This document shows, one piece after another, positions 1 through 12,629 of a stretch of 58,842 nt of DNA. A program made the position numbers and the translations under genes. Positions within the stretch are counted from its first letter, which is position 1, and each line of letters starts with the position of its first letter. Below the pieces are notes generated by a model. It was not told where the DNA came from, ran no database searches, and was given only the letters and a program-made list of their open reading frames with translations. The stretch lies in NCBI GenBank assembly GCA_000388065.2, contig KB932206.1. The stretch is one strand, 5' to 3'. Source of the DNA: Fonticula alba ATCC 38817. Taxonomy: Eukaryota > Protista > Nucleariida.

Positions 1-426
1 CCCCCCCCCCCCCCCGCCCTCCCCTGCCCACCGCAGATCTCCCCTTTTACCCCCCCCCTGCGGGCCGAGGAATACGGCAGGGGCAGGGGGTCGAGGGCCG
101 TGCGCGCGCGCGCGCGCGCGCACTCGTCTGAGTCCACGCACCAGGCCAGGCCATCGGCGAAAATGCGAGTTCCCAGGCTTGACCTCCGCCCGGGTCCTGC
201 GGTCCAGCTGTTCGCCGGCATGCCCGACCCTGGGAGCCTCGACATGGCCGCGGGATTCAGCCAAGCAATCTTTTTCGGTTCCCAGTCACTTGGTCGCTTG
301 TCTTGCTCACAGTCACCTACCATCCTCTCCCCTCCCCCCTCCTCCTCCTCCCGCCCCCCTCTTCCTCTCGCCCCTCCCCCCCCCTTCTGGCGCCCCGTCC
401 CCCGACTCCTCCCCTCCTTTCGCCCC

Positions 427-2774
427 ATGTCGCCTGAGGCTGGTGCAGCGCACCACCAGCCGCCCGCAGCCCCACCACCCGAAGGTGCCGAGGCCAGTTT
501 CCCCAACAGCAGCAACACCAGCAGCAGCAGCAGCACTACCGCCATCACCGCAGCTTCTGTCGCGATCGCGGACCCCGCTGGCCTCCCGCTCCCGGACAGC
601 ACTCCTTGCAGCTCCATGCCCGACCTGACCAGCTCCACGATCACCTCGACGACGGCCACCACCACCACCACCACCACCACCACCGGGTCTGCCCCAGGGT
701 CATCTCCCCCGCAGAGCTTCTTCCACCCGGGACCCGGCAACTTGGAACTCACGGACAGCGACAGCGATGAGGACGGCGCCAACTGCCACGAGGTCCTGAG
801 TGACGACGAGTCGGACCCGGTTTCCAGCACCAGCTCCGGGCAGATGGCCCCCTCCATCCCCACCACCCCTAGTGCTGTGTCGATTCCCCTGCCGGATGGT
901 GATTCCTCCGATCACAGCTCGCCCGACCTGCCGCCCTTGTCACCGGTTACCTACCTCTCCGATGACACCCAGGTCGTTGGGGCCCCCGCCATGCCCGTCA
1001 CTTCCTGTCCGATCTCCATCCCCCGGTCGCCGAGCGACTCGCCCTTCCGCCTTCGCCGACACCTGTCCGATGATCACAGCCTCTTCTCCGACACCTCGGC
1101 CGAGGATATCCTTGTGCCTCTGGCCTCGGGGGATGATTGTGTAGGCCCCCTTCCCGGCGACTCCGGGGGTTTGATGGATGATCTTTTCCCCTCGCTGGAT
1201 GGCATGGTCTCTGGTGATGCCGAAGCCACCACGGCCATCACGTCCACCCCCGCGGCCAGTGTCTCTGTCACTGCCACCGCCACCGGCGATGTCGCTGGTG
1301 ATGCTGGCGTCGAAGCCGGGCCCAGCCCCGACTCGCGTTCTCCACATCCCCCAATGGAGGCTTCCTCCCCCGGTGGCGCCGGCGGTGCTCGTGCTCGGGC
1401 ATCTTCCGGCATTCTTTCCGGCTTCTCCCTGCGCCGCTCGGCCGGGCGTTTTGGCAGCTTGACGCGAGGCGCATCGACACGCACATCTGTCGCCACGACC
1501 ACCGACTCGGCCGAAGCAAGCCCCACCGCTCCGCGATCTCCCACGGCCCTGGACTTGCCTTCAGCCCCCGCCCCCGCCTCTGGTGAGGGTGATGCTCCCC
1601 TCAAGCGTGCCTCCTCCTCCCTGGGCATCATGTCCACATCTCTGCCTGTTGGCGGCGGCGGCGGCGGCGGCGCTGGTGGTTTGTCCAGCCCCCTGTCCTC
1701 GTCGCCCGTGGTTACCGCCTCCCCCACCCTCCGCAGCCCTGGCATGCATCCCCTGTCACCCGGCCTGGCCCATGGGGGGATCAGTCGCCATGCGGGCACC
1801 CGGACCAGCATCTCGCTCCTCTCGCCCTCCTCGCCGATCTCCCTGCTTGATTCGCCGGACTTTGAAGCCGCCGAGGCCGAGCAGCGTCTCCGTCGGCACT
1901 GGGCGATTGCCCGGAGCAAGTTTTCTGCCGATCCCCTTTCGGTACGCTCACGTTTTTTGCTCCCCCGTCGGGCCTCTTGCTGCCGTCTTGTCGCCGGTCT
2001 TCTCCTCCCCTTCCACCTGTTCACTTATCATTCTCTGTCTCTCGATCTAGGCGTTCGATTATTTGAAGGATGTCGGCCTGATCGATGGCTCGGCCCTGTC
2101 CATTGCCCAGTACCTGGCTGGACCGGAGAACAACTTCCTCAACAAGGAGGCCATTGGTGAATTCCTCGGTGGCGGGTGCGTCTTCCTCTCCTCCTCCAAG
2201 GCGACCCCTTTTCGTTGCTCGTCTCTTCCCTTGTTTTGTCCCCCCCCCCCCCCCTCCCCTCACCCACTAAGTGCTTTCTTGCTGGATCCGCTCACTTGCC
2301 CCTCGCGCACCATGCAGGGACGCCTTCAATGTCGAGGTTTTGAGCCTCTTTGCTGGCCTCCAAGAGTTCCACTCCCTCTCTTTTGACAACGCTCTTCGGT
2401 GCGCACCTGATAGGCCCAGGCCCCCGTGGCCAGCCATCGACTGGCAATTGCCCATGCGGTACCGCCATGCCTTCCTAACCTCGCGATTGTGACACCCCCT
2501 CCACTCCCATCCCCCCCCATTCGCCGTCATGTGGCTCCCCTCAAAGTCAATTCCTCAGCACCTTCCGACTCCCCGGCGAGGCTCAGAAAATTGACCGAAT
2601 GATGGAGCGCTTCGCCTCACGCTTCCACGAGAATAACCCCGGTGTCTTTGCCCGTTCAGGTTCGCATCCAGCACATCGCCCTCTCCCGTGCCGTTTCCTC
2701 CCTCCCCTTCATTTCTCACGCCTTCATGACTGACCTCCTCCCCGCCCTCTGTCTCCTTCCCTATTTCCATTTGC

Positions 2775-2813
<39 letters not shown>

Positions 2814-4506
2814 GCTCCCGCTCCCTTTTCTTCTCCCCAGACACTGCATACATTTTGGCCTTCTCCACCATCATGCTCAACACCGATCTTCACAACCCGG
2901 CCATCCGAAACAAGATCACCAAGGATGCCTTCATCCGCAACAACCGCGGCATCGACAACGGCGCCGACTTGCCGGAGTCCTTCCTGACTGTGCGCGCACC
3001 ATCCTGGCCCTTTGGATCTCTGCACGCCCCCTCCCCTCACCATTGGCGACTTACCTTTCAATCGACTCGCCCCCCCCCCCCCCCCCTCCTGCTGCTTCTC
3101 CTTCCTCCCCTTAGAACCTCTATGATACCATTCTCAAAGAGGAAATCAAGCTCAACGACGCGGCCTCAAGAGAGCGCCTGACCTTCTTCAACCCCGAACG
3201 CGAGGGGTATCTCTGGAAGCAGGGTGGCCGGGTCAAGACATGGAAGAAGCGCTTTTTCATCTTGACCGGCAATTGCGTGTACTATTTCAAGCGCCAGGGG
3301 GATCCTCGCCCGTGCGGCATCATCCCCTTGGAGAATCTGCGCGTTTGTGAGGCTGGCCAGTCACGCGACAAGAAGACTCGCTTCCGGTTTCAACTGTACC
3401 ATCCGGACAACCCGCCGGCTCACCTGCTGGCTCAGCAGCCGAAGCAGCAGGCCCAGCCCTCGACCCGGTCCGGGGCGGTCTCTCCTCTTCCCGGCGAGAG
3501 TCCCCTTTCTCCGGATGCTGCCCCCCCGGCGTCCCCCTCCTCCGGTGGCCCCTCTTCGGCCTCCTCCTTCCCCTCGTCCTTGTCCTCATTCACATCCAGC
3601 CTTTCCTCAAGCCTCGGCTTTGGTAGCAGCAGCGGGCCGCAATCCTCACCGGATCTGATCCTTCTGTCTCCGTCCCGTAGCAATGCCTCCACCCTCGGGC
3701 GCTATAATTCCCTGTTGAGCGTCCAGCCGCCGTCTGAGCAGGGCCCGGCTTCGCCATCAGCGGCGCCGACCCCCTCGCCGGTGGTATCTCCTTCGGGGGT
3801 GGCCTCCCCGATTGAGCATCTTCCTGATTGTCAGGTCGTGCGGCCGATCCCACCACCGGATGCCAGCGAGCAGGGCACCTCTCCCAGCGAGCAGGGCACC
3901 GCTCCCAGCGAGCAGGGCACCGCTCCCAGCGAGCAGGGCACCGCTCCCAGCGGCGAGCAGCCTGCCGCTTTGGTGGAATGTCCGGGTTGCATGGCCGAGG
4001 TGGCGGCAGGACCTGGGTGCGATGAAAGCCCCCTCAATGCATCCCCCTCGGCCGGGTCATCCCTAGACGCCAGTGGGGCGTCCTCTTCTCTGTCCTTGTC
4101 TCAAGTCGGTGGCATCGAACCACCGACCGATGTGGCTCCAGTAGCCTCCATCCCCATCTCCGGGCCAGTGCCTCAGACGCCTGGGGCCGGGCCGACCCAG
4201 GCCCCGATCGTGGCCTCCAGCACAGGGGCCTCAGCCACTGCCTCTCCCCTGGCATCCTCGACCAGCTCCCTCCTCTCGGTGGGCTTGTTGTCGCGCACGC
4301 GTTCCATGAGCATGACCATCAAGGCGGCCAAGCACGCCGGCGATGGCAAGATGGTCGAAGGGCACCACTCATACTATCTCCTCGGATGCGACTCGGAGGA
4401 TGCTCGCCATGACTGGATCTGTTCGCTGAATGCCCACATGCAGCAGATCCCCATCTATATCCTGATGCGCGAGCGTCGCGAGAAGGTCACTGGCCAGGTG
4501 TCCTGA
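427..4506 (+). CDS. Cytohesin/ARNO-like ARF guanine-nucleotide exchange factor (Sec7 + PH), multi-exon
   Basis: Spliced translation gives the Sec7 motifs [17 protein letters not shown] (~2563-2615, with the catalytic Glu) and [17 protein letters not shown]. It then gives the cytohesin PH start [36 protein letters not shown] and PH end [23 protein letters not shown]...WICSL...LMRERREKV. The start codon is uncertain (427 preferred; in-frame ATGs at 163, 220 and 244). Confidence 0.9.
3863..3951 (+). repeat. Coding 21-bp tandem repeat (SEQGTAP) x4
   Basis: CCAGCGAGCAGGGCACC(G/T)CTC repeated head to tail. Confidence 0.95.
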
Positions 4507-5395
4507 AAGGTTTTGGCGTCCACATTGGTGGAGCCGGGTCTCAGCGCACCAGCTCCCATCCACACCCCCGCATATACACGTTCAGTTTTCCCTCCCCCCC
4601 CCCCCCCCTCTCTCTCTCTCCCTCTCTCTGTATTCAGACATGAGGCAGGGGGCTTCCTATTCCCCCTCTCCCTCCCTGGTGCAGCACCTGTGACCCAGGA
4701 GACTTCATCCCTCATATGTGCCCCTTTCGGGCGTGTGCGGACTGGCCATATTTTCAGCTACAATACAGGCTTTCCCCCCCGGCTTTCTTGTTCTCGGTTC
4801 TCTGCTTGTCCGGTATGTGTGGCAGATAGATCCAACACTAGCCGAAATAGCCCCTGGTCAGCGACATGCGGAGCCTGGGCTGTGGTCAATGTGGCCCGGT
4901 GGTGGCGCCGACATCTGGGCAGCGTCTGGCCAAGTTCTCCAGGATGTGGGCGCTCTTCCTCCCCAGGGCGATTGGCGAGTGTGTGTCCCAAAATACGGAT
5001 CACATTCGCCCCGTTCTGTAAATACAGAATATCACATATGTGCGCCGATCAGCTCCCTTGCCATTCGGCAGGGCGCCAAAACCGCCCCCCTTCCCTGTTC
5101 CCCCCGAGTGCTGGAGGCTGGTCCGAGGAGCTCCCCGCCTCCCTCCTTGTTTTTTGCCCTCTCTCTCTCTCTCTCCCTCCACAATCCGCCCCCCCCCCCC
5201 CCGCCCCCCCGCTGCCGCCGTTGTCACAGCCACCGCCACTCCAGGGATGCATATTTGAGTGGGTCTGCCGCCATCCACAGCCAACGAGGCCCCTGGCAAT
5301 GTTCTCCTTCCCTCTCTCCCCCTTATGAACATTTGACTCTCCGCCCCTCGTGTGCCTTCCCCGCTCGGTCAAGACCATATGTCGATGCTGGCAAC

Positions 5396-6693
5396 ATGAG
5401 TCAATTGCTCCCCCGTCTGGTCACCCTAGACATCACTGGCACCGTCCTGCGCGTGAGCCAGGGCGGCCTCGGCTTTCATTATGTCCGTTCGCCTCTCGGA
5501 TTCCCCAATGTCCTTTTGTTCCCCCCCCCCCCCCCCCCCCCCCCCTGGACTAACCCCTTCTCGGGCTTTTGCCAACACAGGGCAAGATCGCTGCCCTCCA
5601 TAACGTAGCTGTGTCTCAGGACCTCGTCTCCGCCGCCTTCCTCGAAGGTTCGTCCAGACTCATCTGGTGTCAGGGCTGTGCGTCTTCGGGCGCCCGCATT
5701 CGTGTGATGGAAATGGCTGACCTTCCTCCCCTCTCATGTGGCCCTCTTCGTGTGTGAAAGAATTCCGCCGGGCCTCGGAGCCCGGGACCCCGCCTTACGG
5801 GGGAGTTACTCCGGAGGCCCACCGAGCCTGGTGGTCCAACGTGGCGGCAGCCTGCCTGATGAAGGGCCTGCCTGAGTCCGGGGCCCCTGACGAGACCCTG
5901 AAGGCCATCTCGCACCAGCTGTATGATCACTTTCGCACGGCAGACGCCTGGGAAACCACGTCTCCCGGGGTGAAGGACACGCTGGCGGAGATTCGCGCGG
6001 CCGGCGGCCCGGGTCCCCTTTGCTTGGGAGTGCTGTCGAATTTCGATGAACGTCTTGGTAAGATGGACCGGATTTGCCACTGTGCCCAATTGCGCCATCC
6101 AAGTTGCTGACCGGCTTTCTTTTCCACCCGTTGCTCTGCTTACGGCCCTGGCCTTGTCCATAGAGGATATCCTCAAGTCCTGCGGTCTTGAAAGCCAGTT
6201 CGACTTTGTTCTGACCAGCGGACTGACTGGCCTGAGCAAGCCGGCCGAGGAGATCTTCCGTGCGGCACTGGCCCAGGGCCAAGCCATCCTCGCGCGTCGG
6301 GATCCGGCCATGACCGAACCCCTGACCCCGGGCCAATGCACACATGTTGGGGACGATGCGACCAAGGATGTTGCCGGGTACCTCCTAGCTGCACATGCTC
6401 TGGCACTTTTGAAGGCCAGGGGGCCTTCTTTTCCGCCCCTCCCTCCGCTTCGCTGGTGTCATTGACAAATTGCCGTTCGTTTTTCCACGTGCAGCGCTCT
6501 CGGCGCTGGCTGGCGGGCTGTATTCATCGGTGAGCCTGAGGACAAGAAGCTCAAGAAGGCTCTTGCCCGCCTGTCTCCTACTCAAGCGGCCGACTTGCCG
6601 AGGCGACTGGCATTTGTTGATCCAGCCTTGGGACTGGCCGGGGTGCCGGCTGCCTTGCAGCGTCTCGACGCCGCGGCAGCCAGCCCGCACTGA
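5396..6693 (+). CDS. HAD-superfamily hydrolase, HDHD3/REG-2-like, multi-exon
   Basis: Motif I LVTLDITGTVL, motif II LGVLSNFDERL, motif III KPAEEIF and motif IV HVGDDATKDVAG-ALGAGWRAVF, spread over about 5 exons with GT..AG introns. Stop TGA at 6691-6693. Confidence 0.85.
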
Positions 6694-6754
6694 AGTCCTC
6701 GCCCCCGATCGCTTTACTGTCCAAGAGTCTCCTTCTGTTGCCCTGAGCAGGCGT

Positions 6755-6846
6755 GTGTATGTATGTATGTATGTGTGTGTGTGTGCGTGCGTGTGTGTAC
6801 GTGTGTGTGCGTGTGTGTGTGTGTGCGTGTGTGTGTGTGTGCGTGT
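6755..6846. repeat. (GTAT)n/(GT)n compound microsatellite
   Basis: Directly visible, interrupted by GC units. Confidence 0.95.
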
Positions 6847-8259
6847 GATGTGTGGTCTGAGGTGTGTGGTGTACGTGTTGAAGGATCCGGGTATGGAAGT
6901 AGCCGCCATGCGCGATCAGGCGGACCCCGGCAGGATTCGGGCGGTGGGGGGGGGGGGAGGCAAGCAGACACGATGGCGTGGCGAAAATGTGCCTTGTCCC
7001 GCCCTTCTTCCCCGGGGCTGCACGGGGGGGAGGGGCCGGGGCGGCTGGCGGTCCTCCATCGGGAAATTGGGCCAATTTTTGCGGCCAAGGCGGCCCGGCG
7101 GTGAATTTTGGCTGCGGCTCCCCCCGGGGCCTGGCTATTTGCCCCGGGGGACGCGCGCCTCCGGTGGTCAGCCCTCTCCGGCATGTGGACAGTACCTGTA
7201 GGGCCATTGCCCCGGAGCGTCTGCGCGGCCCAGACACGGCGACGAGCGCCCTGCAGGCGCGCGGGCCTGTTCGGCACCCGGCACAGGGTCCACGATTTGT
7301 GCCTTTCATGCCGCCCGAACTCGATCGGCTGCGTGTCGCTCGTTCCCCCTCCCCCGCCGTCCCCCCCCCCCTCGATCCTGTCCCCCCGCGCCAGGCAGCC
7401 GCGCTTCAGGGCAAGCGTGATGGGGGAGAAACCGCGGGGAATGCTGGTTAATTGATTTTTCCGTTCGCAGGTTTTCTAATCTGGAACGTCCGGGTGTGTC
7501 TTGGCCCGCCTTTCCACGCCCCTCGGGGCGGTGTGGTGGTCGATCGAGGCTGGGAGGGGGGGGGAAGCTCGATCCCGCCTACCCCCACCCCCCCGCCCGC
7601 GGACTCAGGAGCATGGCTACTTGCTCTATCAGGAATAGCTCGATGCCTCGGATGCAAGTGCATCAATAGACTTTTTTTTATAAAAATATATGTACACCCG
7701 TGTTGCGCGCGAGTGCTCCTCCGGCGCGATCGGGCATGGGGAGGGCCGAGCCCCGCCCCCAACAAATGGGGATCCCCCTGGGTGAAGGTGTGCCAAGGGC
7801 CCCTCCACACTCGGGCTCGTATCAAAACACTTCCAGCAAGACTGGTTGTTTTGGGTGCTTTTCGATGGTGGCACCCCTTGCAGGTTGTTGACCCGGATCG
7901 GGCGGGGGGGCGCCGGGGCAGACAGGTGGGAAATACCGCAATTCGCCGTGGCCGCCCTCCGCCAGGGAATGCCCCGAAAGGGATGTATGGTGTTGGCCAG
8001 ATCACCTTTCCTCCGGCATCCAACCTCACACATCTTCCCTTCTCCCCTTCACCTCTCCTCCTCCCCCTTCCCCCTCTATCTCTTTACTTGCTCCCGTCGG
8101 TCGTCCCTCCCACATCTGCCCATCTCTCTCTCTCTGCCCCCTTCCCCCTCGCTGCCCCTCCCCTCCCTTCCTTTCTCCCCCTCTTTTCTCGGCCAGGTGG
8201 AGCTGCCCCCTCCCGGCGCACTGGACCAAGCCGTCCCTGGGACCCCGAGGCCGCCTACC

Positions 8260-11200
8260 ATGGAGGGTGACGGCCCGGCAAGGCGCGATAGTCCCCGGAG
8301 TTCGCCCCTACCCCCCGACTTGGCCAATGGTCGGCCTCCCTCCTCGCCGCCAGGCCTGTGGCTGCCCTCAGGCATTCCGCTGGGATCCAATTCACCCACC
8401 AACAGCCAGGGTCCCCTGGTCGCCAACTCGACCGGGCAAGGTCCTTCCAACTCCGGTCGCTTGCACTCCCCGCACCCCAATGGGCACCACCACCACTATG
8501 CGACCCCTTTCCCGGTGAGCTCTCGTCCGCGATCGCAGTCACGCCCAAGTGACTTGGCCGATGCCTCACGCTCCCTGCCCGGGCTTCTGCACGATCACCA
8601 CGCGGGGCCTGCATTGGCGGGCAGCGACAGCAGCGCCAATGGCATGCATGATGGCACCGGCGCCGGGCAGCCACAAGCCGGCACCCAGCCCCCCGCTACG
8701 AATGCTACTGCTGCGACCTCCGGCAATGATCTCGGTGGCGTTGATGAGGACGACGAGGACGACCCGCCGCCGCCGTCCCTGACTCCGGCCGAGGTGGCCG
8801 CCTCACATGGGTCTGGCCGGGCAGCCACTCCGGTGCGCATGCACTCGGGCGGCGGGTCAACCACCGTTGGCGATGGCCACCTCCCTCCCCGGGGATTTGC
8901 GCCATCATCACCGCGTGCCACCCATGCCGGGGACAGCTTCTTCCCGGCATCCATGCTATCGGCCCTCCAACTGGGCGACCATGGTGCCGGGGACTTGCAC
9001 TCGGACATTCCCTATGAAATGTATCCCATGGCGCAGCGGGGGTCCGACTCGGGCACCCGGGGGGATTCCCTCTCCGAGGAGGACCGGCCACTGATTTCCT
9101 CCCGGCGACCGGGGCGTGGCGGCTCAAAGGGCCTGTCCTCGAGGCTATTCGGCACAGCGGCCCCATCCAAATCCCGGAATGGCACCAGGGGGGGTCCTGG
9201 GCTCATGCCCTCAGACATGCTGAATCCCTTCTCCGGGCGCTTCTCCACCTCCACCCGTCCCTACGCCGAGCCCGCTGATCGAGTCACCTCCCTGTCTCCG
9301 GCATCTACCACGGTGCAAGATGGCCTCGGGCATGAGCCTCCTCCCGTGTCGGGTGCCGGGACGGACAGCAACTTCCTTGTTGCCTTTCTGCGAGAATTCA
9401 CCCGACAATCGGCCGGTCTGTCGGCCCAGGAGGCTGAGGCCGTGGCCGCTTTCAAGGCCCAACAGGAGCGCGACCAAGCCGACCTTTGGCCCTCCGACGA
9501 TGACCTTGATGCCTTCCTCATCCAGGTTCGATTGCGCTGCCCGTTGTCGGCCCTTGATCGTTTGCCCTCTCCGCCTCCTCTCCGCCTCCTCTCCTCGCCT
9601 CTCCTCGCCTCTCCTCGCCTCTCCTCGCGCTCACCTGTGCCTCCACCCTATGTCCCTCTCCCCCTCCCCCCTCTCTCTCTCATCCTCCCTCGCCCTGGAC
9701 TGCGCACCTCTCCTGCTGCCCCGCAGGTGTATGATTATTACTGCGGTCATGGCATCCAGTCGATCACCTTCAACTTCCTCTATGTCGTCTTGTGCGTTGC
9801 CCCCTCTCGCTGGTGCAGTTCTGTATCGCACCCGCCGGATCCTGGCCTGCCTAACCTTCTTCACCTCGCGTTGTGGAAAACCTCAAACAGTCTCTTCATC
9901 TTCACAACCTGCTTCTCCACCTTCTTGCTCTACTGCGTGAACTATCGCGACCTGTTCAGTGGCAAGATCCAATACCTGTCAGAGGCCATTCAGTTTTCCA
10001 ACATTCGGAAGTGCGTGTCATCAGCCTATCCCTCCCTCGGTCATCGTCCCTGTGGGAGCCGTTCCATGGCTCCCTTTCATCTCTCTCTCTCCCCCCCCCC
10101 CCCCCCCCCCCCTTCTGACGCCCCTCCACCTGTCTGTCCCTCCACCTGTCCGTTCCTCCACCTATCCACCCATCCATCTACTTGTCCTCGTGCAGCATGC
10201 ACGTCCCTTATGCCCTGCTCTTGGCCGCGTGCTTCCTGCTGCTCTTGGCTGTGATTGCCTCATTTGTCCGGCAGTTTGGCGACCTCCGGCGTATGAGTCG
10301 CTACTATGATGTCATCCTTGGCTTGCGCGAGACCGACCTCCGCGCCGTCGAATGGGACGATGTGTTGGAGCGTCTCCTTGCGGCACAGCCGTCCCCGGCC
10401 GAGCGCGCCCGGCGATCTGGCGTACCCCAAGGAGCCGGGGACTGGCCGGTTCCCGAGGCCAGGGACAGTGGTGCCATTCCAATTGAGCCGCCATCCACTC
10501 GTGGGACCCCCCTGCTTCAGGCCTGCGACCAGACAGATCTGGAGGGCGGCCCTCAGACCGCGCGGCATTCGGTGTACGCGGCACCCGGCACCGATGCAGG
10601 CCATCCCCTGCCAGGGAACCCCTCTGGAGTTGGGGAGCCTGGCATCGAGGCCGGGCAGTCTCCCTGTTTCCGACCGCTCGACGCCTTCGTGGTGACCAAC
10701 CGCATCCTCCGGCGGGACAATTACCTCCTGGGGATCCTGGCGCACGGCGGTCTCGGCCGCCATGGGGGCCTGCTGGTCCCCAATCGCGGGGGCTTTGTCC
10801 TGCGCGCCACACGAGGCAGCCGGTACATGTATTTCATTTTGGAGTCCCTGCTGGCCTTCGTTCTCTTTGAGCCCCGATCGCGGCAGGTGCGCGGCGAGGT
10901 CTTTGAGCCGTTGTACCATGCGCGGGTGTCAAAACGGTGCGCCTCCTGGTCCCCATGTGCTCGGGCCTTTCTTTCTTCCAGCCTCGTGTCCTTTCCCACG
11001 CATAATCCCGATCAATGGAGTATAAATTGACCCTCCCCGGGTCTGGCTGCCCCCTCTGCGTGGCCCGTTCGTGCGGCAGTTTGGCCTTGTGGTTCCGGTC
11101 GGCCGGCGTCCTCCTCTTCCTCATCTCGCCGATTGCCCTGTTTTTCCTCCTTGCCACCTGGCTCTTCCTCTATGGCCAAGTACGTTGCCTCCTGCTTTTG

Positions 11201-12586
11201 GCGTTCCTCTTTCCTCCATCCCATCCCCCCCGCCCCCCCCCCTCTCGCCTTAGTCGCTCCTTTTCCCCAAATCTGATTCCATTCTCAATATCTCCTCCTG
11301 CTCCTCGTCCTCATCGCACGGTGGCCCTCTTCTCCGACATGTAGCACATCTACTCCAACCCCCACTTGTTTGGCTCGCGGGACTTCACCGCCCGCTCGCG
11401 CCTGGCTCTGCGGGAGTTCAACGAGTATGGGCATCTCTTCTCGCGGCGGCTGGACAGTGCCATCCCTCTGGCTGAAAGCTACTTGTCGCAGTTCCCCACC
11501 CCATATGGGAGCTTCATTCTCCGGTACGCTTATATGCCTGTGTGCATGCGCACAGTCACAGGGGCATACATGGGCAAACTGTGGGACATAGCCACATTCC
11601 ATTTCCGCCTGGGACCTCTCTCCCTCCCCCCCCCCCTCTCTCTCTCTCTCCCCCCAGTAATGCACCCCCGGCTAACCTGCCTTCTTCTCCCCTCCCCGCG
11701 CTCCTCGGGCAACTAGCTTTGTCACCCTCATTACCGGATCGGTGGCCATTACCTTGCTGGCTCTGTCGCTGCTTGGTGGTGATGCGGTTCTTAAGTTGGA
11801 AGTCAGCCCCGGCCGCACGGTCCTCTGGTACACTGGTATGGCCTCGGTCGCGTATGCCTGGGCCCGGCGGCAGTTGGCCACTCAAACACGGTCGTCCAGC
11901 CGCGGGGGCGACTCCTTCGAGGGGATCGGCTTCAGCGGCCTCGGCATCAGCACCCTGGCCGGGGAGGATGCCGGCCCACGGGCCACTGACCCTGCGCGGG
12001 CCATGGCCCTGGTCATCGAGCATACGCATTACTTTCCCCGGAGCTGGCGCGGGCGTCTGCACACAGTGGAGGTCCGTCGGCCACTGGTCTTCCTGGGCAC
12101 TTCTGCATTTCCTTGCCCGAAGCTTGGCTAATCCTCTCTTCGGCCGTCTCTCTCCCCCCCCCCCCCCCCCCCGTTCTTCCCTCTTTCCCCCCCTCTCGCG
12201 CCTCCAGGTTCGTGATGCCTTCTCGACTTGTATCAGCTTCGTGCTCTGGACATCGCCTGGGAGTTGATCGGTCTGCTCGTGGTACCGGTGGTCCTCTTTT
12301 TCGAACTCCCCCACTCGAGTGACCACATCATCAGCTACATGAAGCAGTACTCGGAGTATGATTCGCGCATGGGGTTCATCTTCGCTCCGGCCACTCTGGA
12401 CATTGTTCGTTTCGGCTCGGTTCCCCCAGAGCCCGGGACCGAGGAGAGCCGCGTGGCGGCCGAGTGGCGGCAAAAGATCGACCCTCCCATGTCCCTCCGA
12501 TCGAAGGTCGACCGATCATTGCTGACTTTTGTGGTATGTACAGGCTCGACACGACACGACACGACACGACACGACACGACACGACA

Positions 12587-12629
<43 letters not shown>

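Noticed and set aside
7060-7135. Two Sm-site-like words (AATTTTTG, AATTTTGG) and a 3' hairpin
   Set aside because: No U1, U2, U4 or U5 conserved 5' elements upstream. The first word is part of a DNA palindrome.
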